Shown here piece by piece: positions 1 through 12,400 of a stretch of DNA of 32,499 nt; the first letter of the stretch is position 1; every line of letters starts with the position of its first letter. The notes beneath the pieces are model-generated. The model saw only the letters and a program-made list of their open reading frames with translations. It ran no database searches and was not told the DNA's origin. The translations under genes were made by a program, and so were the position numbers. This stretch comes from Vicugna vicugna (taxonomy: Eukaryota): contig MU057989.1 of the NCBI GenBank assembly GCA_013265495.1, positions 2,001,513 through 2,034,011 on the forward strand. Direction: 5' to 3'.

Positions 1-92
1 ATCTGTGAAATACTTCAAGTGTTTACTGCCCTGTTCATTCCCCCCAGTTTTACTGTTTGTTCAGGATCTTTTGGGTTTTGTTTTCGTTTTCC

Positions 93-262
93 CTGAGGTA
101 TAATTTACCTACAATAAAGCTTACACTTTTTAGCTGATGGTTCAAGATTTGACAAATGTATACGGTTGCATAATCACCAACTAATCAAGCTGTAGACAGT
201 CTGTTAACCCCAAGAGGCTCTCTCTTGGCCCTTTGCAGACAATTGGCTCCTTCCAACCCCAA
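93..262 (-). mobile_element. Old L1 (L1M-type) 3' end fragment
   Basis: TGAGGTATAATTTAC...TTTGACAAATGTATAC...ATAATCACCA, typical of an antisense L1M 3' UTR. Confidence 0.7.
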
Positions 263-364
263 GGTTTTGGTGAATTTTTAAAACAAAAGGTTCCGTAACA
301 CTGAATTGATTCACGTTGTTTTTGATCCTAGCACCCAGCTGTTGGCAGTTTACTTCCCTCATCT

Positions 365-1460
365 AGCGACGGTGCCAGGACCGGGAGTCAGACCGATAGA
401 GGTGCGAATCACCCCTGCCATGGAGCAGCCCCGCTGCCCCCGCTTTTCCGGTTCCCATCCCCCGACCCCGCCGTCAGTTGCCCGAGGGGAAGTCCGGGGC
501 TTGCAGCGCCGAGAAACGCCAGGCCCGGGTTGAAACCAAGTTTTCGCTTCCCAGGTGATCTTGAGTGGAGACATCACAGTCTTGGACAGGTTTCCCGGAG
601 AAGATGGGGCCAAGAGGCCTTTGACCTTCCAAAGCCGGATGCGCGCGGTGAAGGGGCACAAGGGAAGCACCTGGTCGGCCAGAAATCCAAAAGCTCCCCC
701 CGGCCTGAGTGCGAGTCAGCCCAGAGCACTCGTGCCTCTCCCCCACTTCTCCCTGCCACTTAACAGCCGTTAGGGAAATTCGGCTCTTAATAGAACTCTG
801 GGTTCGTGTTTGCAAACATTTTAATGGGGTGGTGGGGGGGAGGGGACACCAAAACCAACCCACACACCGTTTTCCTTCTTTTCAGCTTCTGCATCAGAAT
901 CAGAACTGAGAATAGAGCTCCAGACAGGGGCTTCCACTTTGACCTTGCCTGGCGCTCTTGTTCCTGGGCCCCAGATGCCTTCAAAACCTGGTAACCGGGC
1001 TCTGGGCGGTAGCTTCGGGGAGGCGCTGGGCCGCCGCCTCCCTGACAGGCTCCTTCTCCGAGCCTGGAAGAAGAGCAGTGTGAGACCACGCCTGTGTTCC
1101 AAATACTCTCTCCTCAAAAGGAGTCAGCAGTACGGGCTGCCGGGGTTGGCCTGGAATCTGAGAGTACGAGGTCAGTTAGGTCCTCTAGATCCCTTGCAGA
1201 GAAGAACCCCCTCCCCGCCAAGGCGAACTAAGAGGATGAGACCGCTGCCCAGGCACAGCCAGGAGGCATCAAGATCCCCTGCCCAGGGAACCTTTCACTG
1301 TCCGGGGTCCCGTACTTGGCGGTGCAGGGGCCTGTTCGCAAGACTTCGCAGGTGCACCCGGCCCGAGCGCCTCATCTGGATCCTCCCACTTCCAGGTGCG
1401 CTGGTAGAGGGCGGAGCTCCGGGCTTGAGCCTACGACTGGGAAACTGTGGAAGCAGTTAA
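365..1460. promoter_or_regulatory. CpG-enriched, repeat-free segment (possible weak CpG island or regulatory region)
   Basis: CpG density and GC content are higher than in the flanks; no recognisable protein in any ORF. Confidence 0.4.
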
Positions 1461-1874
1461 CTGTGGACTCAGGGAGGTGAGGACGGTCCCAGAGAGGTAG
1501 GAGAGATCCAACACCAGGAAAATATCTTTCAGAGAAGCGAACTGATATTTGCAGACACCTGGGTGCATTTCAGACAGTTCTAATGGTATCAGTTTAGCAT
1601 TCCGGAGGGGTTGGAATAACTTTTAAATGGAAAACCTAATTAAATACATGGGAAAGCAAAAACTTAAGGGGGTAAAAAGGTGTTCAAAGCCTTAAGTCCC
1701 CCACTTCCTCCTGAACCCTGATCACCGAGTTCCCTCCCCAGATCCCAGTACATTTCCGTCTTCTTCCTTAGCATATTAGAGACAGCTGAGCACAGCCAAT
1801 AGCGGCTGGTCCCTGTGGTTTGGACACCAGAGGAAAATCCCTTAAAAATTTTTTCAATTCTCTAAATAACACGA

Positions 1875-1952
1875 TTGCCTAGCATGTATGAGGTCCTGGG
1901 TTCAATCCCCAGTACCACCATTAAAATCAATCAATCAATCAAATTAAAAAAT
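1875..1952 (+). mobile_element. tRNA-derived SINE (vic-1-like), 5' truncated
   Basis: B-box GGTTCAATCCC, A-rich tail, approximate TSD AAATAACACGATT/AAATAGCATGATT. Confidence 0.85.
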
Positions 1953-2555
1953 AAATAGCATGATTATATCTTCATTTCTTGATTTTTCTTCCAGCTTAAA
2001 GCACTACCTATTAGCTGCTACTCAAAAAGGTAAAGCTATGTATTTCTTCCATCGGTAGTTGGGGTGTGATGGCTAGACTCAGGGCTAGATCCTTAGAATT
2101 CAGCCAGGCTCATCCTTGTGTCCTTACGGGAGTTCTGTAGGCCAAAGAAGTGCATGAGAAATTTGCAGGTGTCTGTCTGTCAGGGTCAAAATATGAATAT
2201 GAGGCCTTAGCAGAATATGAATTAAGAGTCAAAGAAGGGCAAAATCCATTCGAAGGATCACAGGATGGAGGTATAAACTTCTGCAGCTAGGCAGACCGAC
2301 TAGGTGAGTGTGTACCTGAAACCCAAGGATCTGGGCTACATAACTCTTTTCAGTCACTCACTGCACATTGAAATGTGAGGTCCCATCAGTGTCACCAACA
2401 AGAATCCAATCCAAGAAGCATCCCCACGAAAATCTATGGTCTGAAATCTGTTTGTTATGTCAAAATGATATAGGAGGATATTTTTATTCTTTAGTTGGCT
2501 TAAGAGGATACTTGCTGTGCTATGCATGTTATTGTCGCGTGCACACGCGCACGCA

Positions 2556-2576
2556 TGTGTGTGTGTGTGTGTGTGT
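2556..2576. repeat. (TG)n microsatellite
   Basis: Direct reading. Confidence 0.95.
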
Positions 2577-2687
2577 ATAGAGCTCTTTTAATTCCTTGAA
2601 GTTTCAGGATTGGGTATAGAAATATTTAAGAGCATTAAAACCATAGCATTAGTAGTTGTGTTAAAAAGGAATCTGTCATTTTTATAG

Positions 2688-2900
2688 AGCTTCTAGAATG
2701 TGCAAAATTTATACTGATAGAAATCAGGGAGTGATTGCCTGAAGATAGGGATGGAGAGGAAGGGATTGGAAAGAGGAATTGGGACATTCAGAGGATGATG
2801 GAAATGTGCATTATCTTGATTACAATGGTGGTTTCACTGGCTATGACTGTATGTCAAAACTGCTCAAATTGTACACATTTTGTTTTTGCTTTAAAAAAAA
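2688..2900 (+). mobile_element. Old L1 (L1MB/L1ME-type) 3' end
   Basis: GATGATGGAAATGTGCATTATCTTGATT...TGTCAAAACTGCTCAAATTGTACAC motif. Confidence 0.75.
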
Positions 2901-4129
2901 TTTTTTAAAATCCTGTACACATTGTACTACAAGCAGTTTATTGCATTTTATTCTCCAAAGTGGTTACAAAGAGGAAGGAGTCCGTATACGTGGTGTTTTG
3001 TGTTCCTGAATATTTCAGATAATGACACATATTAGAGGGACAGGTTTGCAACTCCAATTTAAAATGTATTAAGTAATGGATTTAGATGTGTGGCTTTAAG
3101 ATGAAATCCTAGTTTATATTGGATAGCGGATCACTGAAGAGAACTTTAGGTTCAACATGTTAATGTGTCATTTATTTGATGTCTAGGAATTATTAGAACT
3201 CTCCCACATGGACTGAGGTCCTCTCCTGGAAGAGCTCTGTACTTTGTGGATGTCCTTAGCGAGCACAGTGTTACATTCCTTACTGGGGGGTGGGGAGCTT
3301 TAGAGAAGACAGAAGGCAGCGTCCTAAGGGGGCTAAGTGAATGAAGTGCTGCTTCTGGGTCCAGCAATCGCCCAGGTTGGGGCTGGCATCTTCGGCTTCC
3401 AAGGTCCGCGTGGCCGGCCCCCATTCTGCAGGATGCCCCCGGCACCAGCGAGAAAACCCTAGTGAAACCGGGGGACGCGGACCCTCCAGGGCAGCCGACT
3501 GCGCACAGGGCTGGCCAGGGGAGGCTCTGGCCCAGGCTCCAGCCTCTCGGGGGACATTGGGAAGGTAGGTGGGGCGTTTTTAGCAAAAACTAGGGCCGCG
3601 TTTCTTGGCAGGGGGAGTTCCTTGTGGAGATGGCATAGACCCCCGGAATCCGCCAAGCGGTGGGGCTTGCAGGTGCCCCTTATTGAAGGGATAGTGACAC
3701 TGCTTCCCCGGTCTCTGATTTCAAATGCAATTTGGCGAGCAGCTTCGCTTCGGGAAGAGATTCCAGGATTCCTTTCTATTTTTTCGATTTCTCTCTCTCC
3801 TTTCTAAGGGAGCCACCGGCTAGGGGTTTGGAGGGAGCTTGAGGAGATAGGGCCAGGCCCCCACCCCTCCCTCCCCCGGGCTGGGGTGCCAGCCTGGCCG
3901 CCCCATCCAGAGACCACCTTGGCAGGCAGGAGGGCTGGGAGCACAGAGGAAAGAGGGGAAGATGAGGAGTGGGGGCTATGCCCGCCCCACCCCACGCACC
4001 AACCCGCACCCCTACAGAGAACCCAGGGCCAGGCTTCCCACCTTCTCTCCCAACAGCTACCACTTAACTCCGTCAGTGATCTCTGCAGTCTTCCCGCATG
4101 CAGTCATGCCTCCGCGCTGATGATCTCGG

Positions 4130-5042
4130 CCTCCCCTTCCCAAACCCTCCTGCTTCTGTCTAGTTAATCCTCAAAGCGTCCCCACTACCTAGCGCACACA
4201 CCTGCTACCTCTGTGGTCTTCTTCACATCAGTTCATGGCGATGCCATCCTTCTGGATTTCCAGCCCCAAACCTTGGAGTCCTTCCACGATTTCTCTCTCT
4301 CTCTCTCTGCCTCTCTCTTTTAACCCACCCCTTCAACAAATCCCCTTAGATGAAACTTCACAGTATGTCCAAACTCTATAGTCACGTCTTACCGCCTCCG
4401 TGCTATCCCTTTGGCCCGGGCCCCCACTCCCCTCTTGGTGACTGCAGCCGCCTTGCTCCCCTCACCTGCTTCAGTCTCCCCTCCAACACAAGGGCAGGAA
4501 GAATTCCACTGCAGGGAAATTAAGCCGTGTCACTTAAAACCCTGGATGGCCTCCTAGTTCCCTCTGAGTAAAAGCTGAGATGTTTGCGTGGGCGCCTCCC
4601 CGTCTTTGAGTTGTCCGCCTTCTCCTTCTTGGGTTCCTCCACACTGCATTCTAGTCCCAGAGCCCTCTGCTGTCCCTTAGTCCCCATGCTCTAGCTTCAG
4701 GGCCTTTGCTCTTTTCCCTTTCCCTCCACAAGTTGGTAGTTTGCCCCCACACCACCACTAGCATCCTCATAACACTTGAAGACCTTCCACGGGCTCTGGA
4801 TTTAAAATCACGGCTTCATCCTCCTTCCTTGCTTTCATTTTCTCCAAATCACACCTTATCTCACCAACTCTGTATTTCACTCAGTTTTGCTTACATGTTG
4901 GTTTCTCCTATGACAGCTGTACCAATCCCAGACTATGAGCGCAGGGACTTTTTTTTTTTTTTAAACTGCGGTGTTCCCTGCACCTGGAACCCTGCTGTAT
5001 ACACAGACGTGCTCCACAAATACTTGTTGGATGAAAGAATGG
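4130..5042 (+). mobile_element. L2 LINE 3' region
   Basis: Pyrimidine-rich L2-like text ending ...GTGCTCCACAAATACTTGTTGGATGAAAGAATG. Confidence 0.7.
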
Positions 5043-5375
5043 GCACAGTGCAGGGTACACTCACTCAATGTGACGTCCAGAGTCATGGATGCAAGTGCGT
5101 CCGTCTGTCAGTGGGTTTGGCCAAACACTGAAAGTGAGAAAGAATAGACTCACCTCTTTGATTTGCAAATGTCCCTGCCCTTTAAAGCCAGTGGGGGAAT
5201 CAGGTTTCTGTGAAATTAAATCCAGTCCTGCCTAATCCCAGACTCCCAGATTTGCTGTTTTCCTCTGACTTGTCTCAGCATGGTTATTCATCTCCAATCG
5301 ATTCAAACCAAATTCTGATAAAATATTTCCCTTAGTTCTTCATGATCATACTCTACACAGAACTGGGAAGAGGTG

Positions 5376-5563
5376 TTTTTTTAAACTGAAGTGTAGTTGT
5401 TTTACAATGTTGTATTCGTGTACAGCACAGTGATTCAGTTATACACACATATATTCCTTTTCGTATTCTTTTTTGTTATGGTTTATTACAAGATATGGAA
5501 TGTAGTTCCCTGTGCTCTACAGTAGGACCTTGTTTATCTCTTATATATAGTGGTGTGTATCTC
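5376..5563 (-). mobile_element. Young lineage-specific L1 3' end, truncated
   Basis: Antisense L1 3' UTR (GTTCCCTGTGCT...ACAGTAGGACCTTG); TSD GAAGAGGTGTTTT/GAAGAGGCATTTT. Confidence 0.85.
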
Positions 5564-5989
5564 CGAAGAGGCATTTTTTACTCAACAATATATTTGGTGC
5601 ATTTTGTTTTTTAATATACTTAACTCTACCTCATTCTTTTAAAGATTGCCTGTCCCTATAGCCATTCAAGAACACGCATATGATCTAATTTTTCTATTTT
5701 AATGATTCCAAGAACACTCTGGAACATATGTACCTGGGCCATTTGCAAGTAATCAAAATGCCAAGAGACAGAATTCTGTGTGCAGTGGGGAGCCATCTTC
5801 TCCCTTTCCAGTGTGGACGCCTTTTCTTTCTTTCTCTTGCCTAATTGCTCTAGCTAGGGCTTCCAACTCTGTGTTAATTAAGCCTTTTAACTGTCCAGCT
5901 TCCATTACCAACAGAACACAGTGTTGTATGGCAGTTAAAGAGGGATTCTGAGATCAGGACTTACATTCAGACAGATTGAAATTTTTTTA

Positions 5990-7545
5990 ATTCTGATTTT
6001 TAAAAATTAAACCTTTTAAAGATAATTATAGGTTCATTCATAGTTGTAAGAAATAACACAGAGAGCTCCCATGTGCCCTTATTCAGTTTCCCCCGATGTT
6101 AATGTGTTGCAAAACCGTAGTACGGTATCACAATCTGGATGTTGACATCAATACAGTCAAGAAACAGAACATTTCTGTCACCACAAGTGTCCCTCATTTG
6201 CCCTTTTATAGCCACACCCACTTCCTTCTGGCCTCCGCCCCGTCTTTAATTCCTGGCAGCCGCTGATGTTTTTCATTTCCATAACTTTGTCATTTCAAGA
6301 ATGTTATATAAATGAATTATACAGTATGTAAACTTTGAGATTGGCCTTTTTTTTCACTCGGCATAATTCTCTGGATGTTCATTCAGGTTGTTGCTTCTAT
6401 CAGTAGTTTATTTTTACTGACAAGAAATAGTCTATAGTATAAATGTCTCACAGTTCATTTGTCCATTCACCTGTTGAAACAAATGTGTTGTTCCAGCTTT
6501 TGGCTGTTACAGGCAAAGCTGCTATGAACATTCATGTGCAAGTTTTTGTGTGGACTCATGTTTTATTTCTGTTGGGTTTGTCCCTAGGAGAGGAACTGCT
6601 GGGTCCTATGAACTCTGTCTTTAATCAGTTGAGGGACTCTCAGATGGTCTCCAAAGTTGCTGCACCATTTCCCGCCCACCAGCAATGCACGAGTGACCTC
6701 CTTGTCCTGCATCCTCCCCGACTCCCGCATTGTCCCTGTTTTCTGTTTTAGTTGTGCTGACAGCTGTGTGCTGACCTCTCAGTGTGGCTTTAACCTGCCT
6801 TTCCCTAACAGCATGTGACGAGGAGCAGCTTTTCGTGTGCTGACTAGCTATCTTCACAGCCTCTCCACTGGAACAGCTTTTGCTTATATTCTAAATGTAT
6901 TGATCTTTTTCTGCTCTTGGATTTTGAGAGTTCTTTGTGTTCTTGATATTAGTCCTTTGCTGGATATGTGATTTGCAAAAATTCTCTCCTAGTTTTAGTT
7001 TGCCTGTTCATCTCATTAACAGGGTGTTTCACAAAAGTTTTTACTCTAAGTGGGGAGGGTACAGCTCAGTGGTAGAGCGCATGCTTAGTATTCGGGGGAC
7101 GCTGGGCTCAGTCCCCAGCACCTCCATTAAACATAAACATATAAATAAATAAACCTAAGTACCTCCCCCCTCAAAAAATTTTTTTTAAGTTCTTACTTTA
7201 GATGAGGTCCAATTTTTCTTTTCTGTATCAACCTTTTGGTGACACATCTCAGGATGTATTAGCCCTTGTTCCCAAGGTATCATCCTGTGTTCTTTTTCCT
7301 AAAGGACGTACAGCTCTGCATTTTACATTCAATCTGCCAATACTGCGTCATCTTGATTACTATAGCTATATAATAATAGTTAAATTTAGGCAGGCAGATC
7401 TTTTTTTCAAAAACTTTTTAGCTACTGTAGTTCCTTTGTTGTTTTAAATGTAAATTTAAAAATACTCAATATCTACAAAGAAATCTTGACAGCACTTTGA
7501 TAGGAATCGCATTAAGCCTGTATGTCAATTTGGAGAGAGTTGATA
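5990..7545 (-). mobile_element. Old L1 (L1MB/L1MC-type) 3' portion, interrupted by a SINE
   Basis: Antisense L1 3' UTR and ORF2-end motifs (GCTGCTATGAACATTCATGTGCAAGTTTTTGTGTGGAC). Confidence 0.85.
7051..7185 (+). mobile_element. tRNA-derived SINE (vic-1-like), inserted in an old L1
   Basis: GGGGAGGGTACAGCTCAGTGGTAGAGCGCATGCTTAG head, AAATAAACCTAAGTACCTCCCCC tail, approximate TSD. Confidence 0.92.
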
Positions 7546-7789
7546 GAGGATGAGATGGAAGCAAAGGGGTTTATGCACCCTTGAAGGCTGGGAAGCAGCA
7601 GAGATGGAGAGGAAGCAGGGCAGGATCAGACTTGAAGCATCACACACCTTTGGAAGCACACCATTTTCTGGAGGCTGAGGATACAGGTGTGCCTGGCACG
7701 TGAACTCTTTGGAGATTGGTTTCCACTGACCTAGTGATTCTTCCAGGTGTGTTGTGTTTTACACACATCATTTTTTTCTTCTACATTTA

Positions 7790-8370
7790 AAAATTTTATT
7801 TTTTTATTGAAGTATAATTGACTTACAATGTTTCAGGTGTACAACAAAATGATTCAGTTATACATATATTCTTTTTCAATTATTTTCCATTATAGGTTAT
7901 TACAAGATATTGAATATAGTTCCCTGTGCTATACAGTAGGCCCTTATTGTTTATCTATTTTATATATAGTAGTGTGTATCTGTTAATCCCAAATTCCAAA
8001 TTTATCCCTCTTCCCTTTCCCCTTTGGTAACTATAAGTTTGTTTTCTGTCTGTGGGTTTATTCTGTTTTGTAAATAAGTTCCTTTCTATAATTTTTTTAG
8101 ATTCCACATATAAGTAGTATCATACAATATTTGTCTTTCTCTGACTTACTTCACTTATTATGATAATCTTGAAGTCCATCCATGTTGCTGAAAATGGCAT
8201 TATTTCATTCTTTTTTATGGCTGAGTAGTCTTGCATTGTATATATGGACCACATCTTCTTTATCCAGTCATCTGTTGATGGACCTTTAGGCTGTTTCCAT
8301 GTCTTAGCTATTGTAAACAGTGCTGCTGTGAACATTGAGGGTGCACATATCTCTTCCAGTTAGAGTTTTG
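7790..8370 (-). mobile_element. Young L1 3' end including the ORF2 C-terminus
   Basis: ORF 8120-8335 MFTAALFTIAKTWKQPKGPSTDDWIKKMW matches the L1 ORF2 C-terminus. Confidence 0.95.
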
Positions 8371-8701
8371 AATCAGGTGCCAACATTACAAAAATGGGAG
8401 ATTTGACACTGAACTCAGAATACCTGGCAGTTGTGGGACTCACATCCCTGCATGGCAATTGGCCAATGGTAATGAATAATCCCCTTTTTGTTTGGGGACT
8501 AGGAGGAGAGACCTGGCGGGGCAGGGGGTAAGGCAGGCTACTTAGTGGATTCCCTCATGTTGAAAAGGGACGGAGCCCAGCATATGTTGTTATATAGGGA
8601 TTGAGAGAGCGTGCACTAGAAAATTGGCTAATTACATCACATTTTTCTATCTACCGGTTTTTACCATCTAGGCATGGTCTTCAGTAGTTGAGGTACCTGT
8701 A

Positions 8702-8856
8702 ACCTTGCTATTCAAAATGTGATCCATTAACTAGCAGCATTAGCATTCCCCTAGAAATGTAAAAATGAAGACTCTTAGACCTGCCCTGGGCCTCCTGAAG
8801 CTGCATTTTAAGAACATCCCTACAGGACTCTTCAATCCATTCAAGTTTGAGAAGCT
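8702..8856. mobile_element. MER5-type hAT-Charlie MITE
   Basis: CAAAATGTGATCC...AGCAGCATTAGCAT...CTGCATTTTAA...AGTTTGAGAAGC. Confidence 0.7.
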
Positions 8857-9149
8857 CATCTCTAATACATCAGGGTACATTATTACCTAAAAATACAGGA
8901 AACAGCAGATTCTAGTTGGTGGGTGTACAAATTTAAAAACATTTAGTTTTTAAACGCTGTGTTTTGCAATAAACTAACAACTGAAATCTGGATGCAGGCA
9001 CTTATTCCAGTGGGAAGGCAAACAGCTGAGAATCATTGATGGCAGTGGCGAGATGGATGCTTGTAAACTGGTGACAGGACCCACTGTCCTGGTCTAACTG
9101 GACATGAACTCTTTAGAAAGGACATTAGTTATTACTACTCAGTTTTAAA

Positions 9150-9760
9150 AAAATTTTTAAATTAAAGTATAGTTGCTTTATAATGTCGTGTTAGTTTCGG
9201 GTATACAGCAAAGTGATTCAATTATACATACACATATACTCTGTTTCAGGTTCTTTCCCATTATAGTTTATTACAAGATACTGAGCATAGTTCCCTATGC
9301 TACACAGTAGATACTTTTTGTTTATTTTATATATAGTAGTGTGTACTTGCTAATCCCAAACTCCTAATTTATCTCTCCCCCCACTTTCCCCTTTGGTCAC
9401 CATAGTTTGTTTTCTATGTCTGTGAGTCTATTTCTGTTTTGTAAATAAGGTCCTTTGTATCATTTTTCTAGATTCCACATATAAGTGATATCATATGATA
9501 TTTGCCTTCTCTGACTTGCGTGATCTGGTAATCTCTAGGTCCATCCATGTTGCTGCAAATGGCAAAATTCATTCTTTTTTATCGGTGAGTAGTGTTCCAC
9601 TGTATACGTATACCACTTCTTCTTTATCCATTTATGTGTTAATAGATATTTAAGGTTGTTTGCATGTTTTGGCTATTGTAAATAGTGCTACTGTGAGCAT
9701 TAGGGTACATGCGTCTTTTCAAATTAGAGTTTTCTCTGGATATATGCCCAGGAGTGGGAT
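9150..9760 (-). mobile_element. Young L1 3' end
   Basis: Same antisense 3' UTR and ORF2-end sequence as 7790-8370. Confidence 0.95.
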
Positions 9761-9852
9761 TATTTATTTATTTTTAATGGCAGTACTAGGGACTGAATCC
9801 AGGACCTTGTGCATGCTAAGCAGACACTCTACCACCGAGCTATACCCTCCCC
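9761..9852 (-). mobile_element. tRNA-derived SINE (vic-1-like)
   Basis: Reverse complement of the SINE head, ending ...GAGCTATACCCTCCCC; abuts an L1 fragment. Confidence 0.9.
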
Positions 9853-10111
9853 TCTTTATTGACTTGAATTGTCTAAGAATTTAGAAAGTCGCAGCTCTGT
9901 CTCTTCTTTCTAGCAGTAGATTCAGAAGAGAGGCCGGTTGATGGCCAAGCCCACGGACATAGCCTGGTTACAGATCCCTGGGGGGTGAGGAAACTGCTTG
10001 TCATCTCATTCCTGAAAAAGGGATTACATTCAAAGAACAGTTTATCTCTTGTTCAGGGCACTGATATGCTGCTTTTCTTTAAGTGCTAATAAAAACATCA
10101 CAAAGTAGAAA

Positions 10112-10270
10112 GTGGAGGGTATAATTCAAGTGGTAGAGTGCATGCTTAGCATGCTGAGATCCTGGGTTCAATCCCCAGTACTGCCATTAAAAAACATAAT
10201 AAATAAATGAATGAATAAATAAATAACCTAATTACCTTCCCGTACCAAAAACCAAACCAAAACAAACAGA
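10112..10270 (+). mobile_element. tRNA-derived SINE (vic-1-like)
   Basis: A and B boxes, A-rich tail, TSD AACATCACAAAGT/AACATTACAAAGT. Confidence 0.92.
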
Positions 10271-10327
10271 ACATTACAAAGTGGTCAACAGGATCACGAA
10301 TAGAGCAAGTGAAAGATTTAAAAAGAA

Positions 10328-10448
10328 ATTTTGGGGGCGGAGGTAATTAAGTGTACTTATTTATTTATTAAATGGAGGTACAGGGGATCGAATGCAGGAC
10401 CTCATACATGCTAAGCATGTGCTCTACCGCTGAGCTATACCCTCCCCC
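10328..10448 (-). mobile_element. tRNA-derived SINE (vic-1-like)
   Basis: Full reverse-complement copy; TSD GAGCAAGTGAAAGATT/GAGCAGGTTAAAGATT. Confidence 0.92.
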
Positions 10449-10886
10449 TGAGCAGGTTAAAGATTCTGAAGGACATGTCATTTCCTCATCCCTCTGCCCT
10501 CTGCCCTGTGGGATGCAAGCTGAGTACATTCTCTTTTGGAAGGGAGCGCACGGCCCCACACTTAATGTCCTGCTCTTCTAGTTGTGTTTATCAAACCCTT
10601 TTTCTTGTATATAGGAAGAATTCTCACCTGGGGAATGGACTCCGGCTACTTCAAGGGCTTCCCGGTCCAACAGCTGCTTAAAACCTTGGCTCCACAGAAG
10701 GGCAACAGCCACTGCGGACGGCGGTCTGCTGCGAGACAAAAGCAAAGCAAAAAGAACAACATCAACTACCAACAACAACAAAAACACCCCTACCTCCCTG
10801 GTACTTTCATCCTCCTGGGCAGCTTTAGTCTCCGTAAATGTCCCTCTTTGGTGGACTTTTTCATTTATTAAAATATCTCCCCAGAT

Positions 10887-10992
10887 GGGAGAAGGTACAG
10901 CTCTGTGGTAGAGTACGTGCTTAGCATGCATGAGGTTCTGGGTTCAATCCCCAGTACCTCTGTTAAAAATATTTTAAAAAATAAAAATAAAC
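10887..10992 (+). mobile_element. tRNA-derived SINE (vic-1-like)
   Basis: A and B boxes; TSD AAATATCTCCCCAGAT/AAATATTTCCCCAGAT. Confidence 0.92.
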
Positions 10993-11709
10993 TAAATATT
11001 TCCCCAGATTTCATTATCACCTTCATGGATCACATTTTAGGAGACTGCCAGGTGGGAAGATTTACTTTCCCTTTGCATCTATAAAGGATGTATTTTATTT
11101 AAAACAAAACTTTTCCTGAAACAAGAGGTGACTTTTTTTTTAATGCAGTGGGTGTGCGTTCCACACTGTTCCCGTCATGCGCTGGGTAAACCAACCGCGC
11201 TGCTAAAACAGAAGGCGGGAGACTCACGGGATTTATGGTCTGCCTATTACACAGAAGCCTGTTACTCTGTTTAAGGGATTAAAAAAAGATACCTTGAGAA
11301 TGGAGGATTGACTAAAAATGTCATTGTCGTTTGAATAGACTTCCTTCCTTTGTCGGAAGTTATTCAATTAATGTTTTATTTTAAATATGCACATACAAAT
11401 ATACACAGTATGGAAGGATAACATGACAGATAATATTCCCCTTTCTAACTAATCATCGAAACATACTCTCAGACTTCTTTTTTCCTTTCCCATATCTGGG
11501 CATATAGATTTAACTCATTCCTTTCTATTAAACTTTCTATTAAGAAAAACAGACCAAAAGGAGGTAGAGAAACAGTGTAATGAACCCAGTCTATCTATTG
11601 TTCAGCTTCAAAAGAAATCAGTGATCTTGTTTGTATATATTACCTACATTGAGATTGTTAAGAGGTAAAGTCTAGATGTACCATTTCATTTGTAAATAGT
11701 TCCTGCTCA

Positions 11710-11929
11710 CCGTTGACCCTTGAACATCACCAGGATTAGGAGAACCGATCCACTACACAGTGGAAAATCCACTGATACCTTACAGTCACCCCTCCATATA
11801 CCGGGTTCCTCCCCACCTGCCACTCAGCATTTGTGGAGTCAGCCAACTCCCAAGCCTACTTACTACTGAAAATATCCACGCACAAGGGGACCTGTGCAGT
11901 CCAAACCCGTGTTGTTCAAGGGCCAGCTG
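11710..11929. mobile_element. Tigger2/MER8-type TcMar MITE
   Basis: Terminal inverted repeats C(A/C)GTTGACCCTTGAACA...TGTTCAAGGGCCAGCTG. Confidence 0.85.
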
Positions 11930-11939
11930 GATTTAATTT

Positions 11940-12400
11940 TCCTACTAGATCTTAACTTTCTACAGTAGTGTTAGATTTATAGAAAAAAGGAGCCAATAGT
12001 AGAGTCCCACACTGTATCTTTTCAGTTTTCCCTATCATTAACAGTCCTCTATAGAGTGTATTATACACACTGTTAATCATCGTTAAAATCAACAATAGTG
12101 ACACATTACTATGAAACAGTTCCTACTTATTCCCATTTCCTTAATTATTATTATTATTTTTAACCAATTATCCCTTTTGTGTTGCAGGACCCCACATTGC
12201 CTGTCATCTCACCATCTCCTTAGGCTCCTCTTGCTTGTCACGTTTTCCCAGACTTGCATAGGTTTTGATCACCTTGACACTTTTGAGGCGCACAGCCTGC
12301 CCCTCCTGGAAGTCGTGTAAGGTTTTCGCCAAGATTAGGGTGGGATTATATGTTTTGGGTACGAAGATCAAAGAGGTCAAGGACCATTTACATCACATGC
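11940..12400 (-). mobile_element. Old L1 (L1MC-type) 3' UTR fragments
   Basis: TTAGATTTATAGAAAA...; CATCTCCTTAGGCTCCTCTTG...GACCTTGACACTTTTGAGG-like motifs. Confidence 0.6.

Noticed and set aside
939..1460. 173-aa ORF
   Set aside because: Non-ATG start in GC-rich DNA, with no family resemblance.
3152..4167. GC-rich ORFs and the donor-like AAG|GTAGGT at about 3564 as DPPA5 or OOEP exons
   Set aside because: None of the listed ORF translations shows KH-family motifs.
10584..10871. Possible exon or 95-aa ORF (MDSGYFKGFPVQQLLK...) after an acceptor-like TATAG
   Set aside because: No recognisable homology, a low-complexity A/C-rich end and a weak donor; not supportable.
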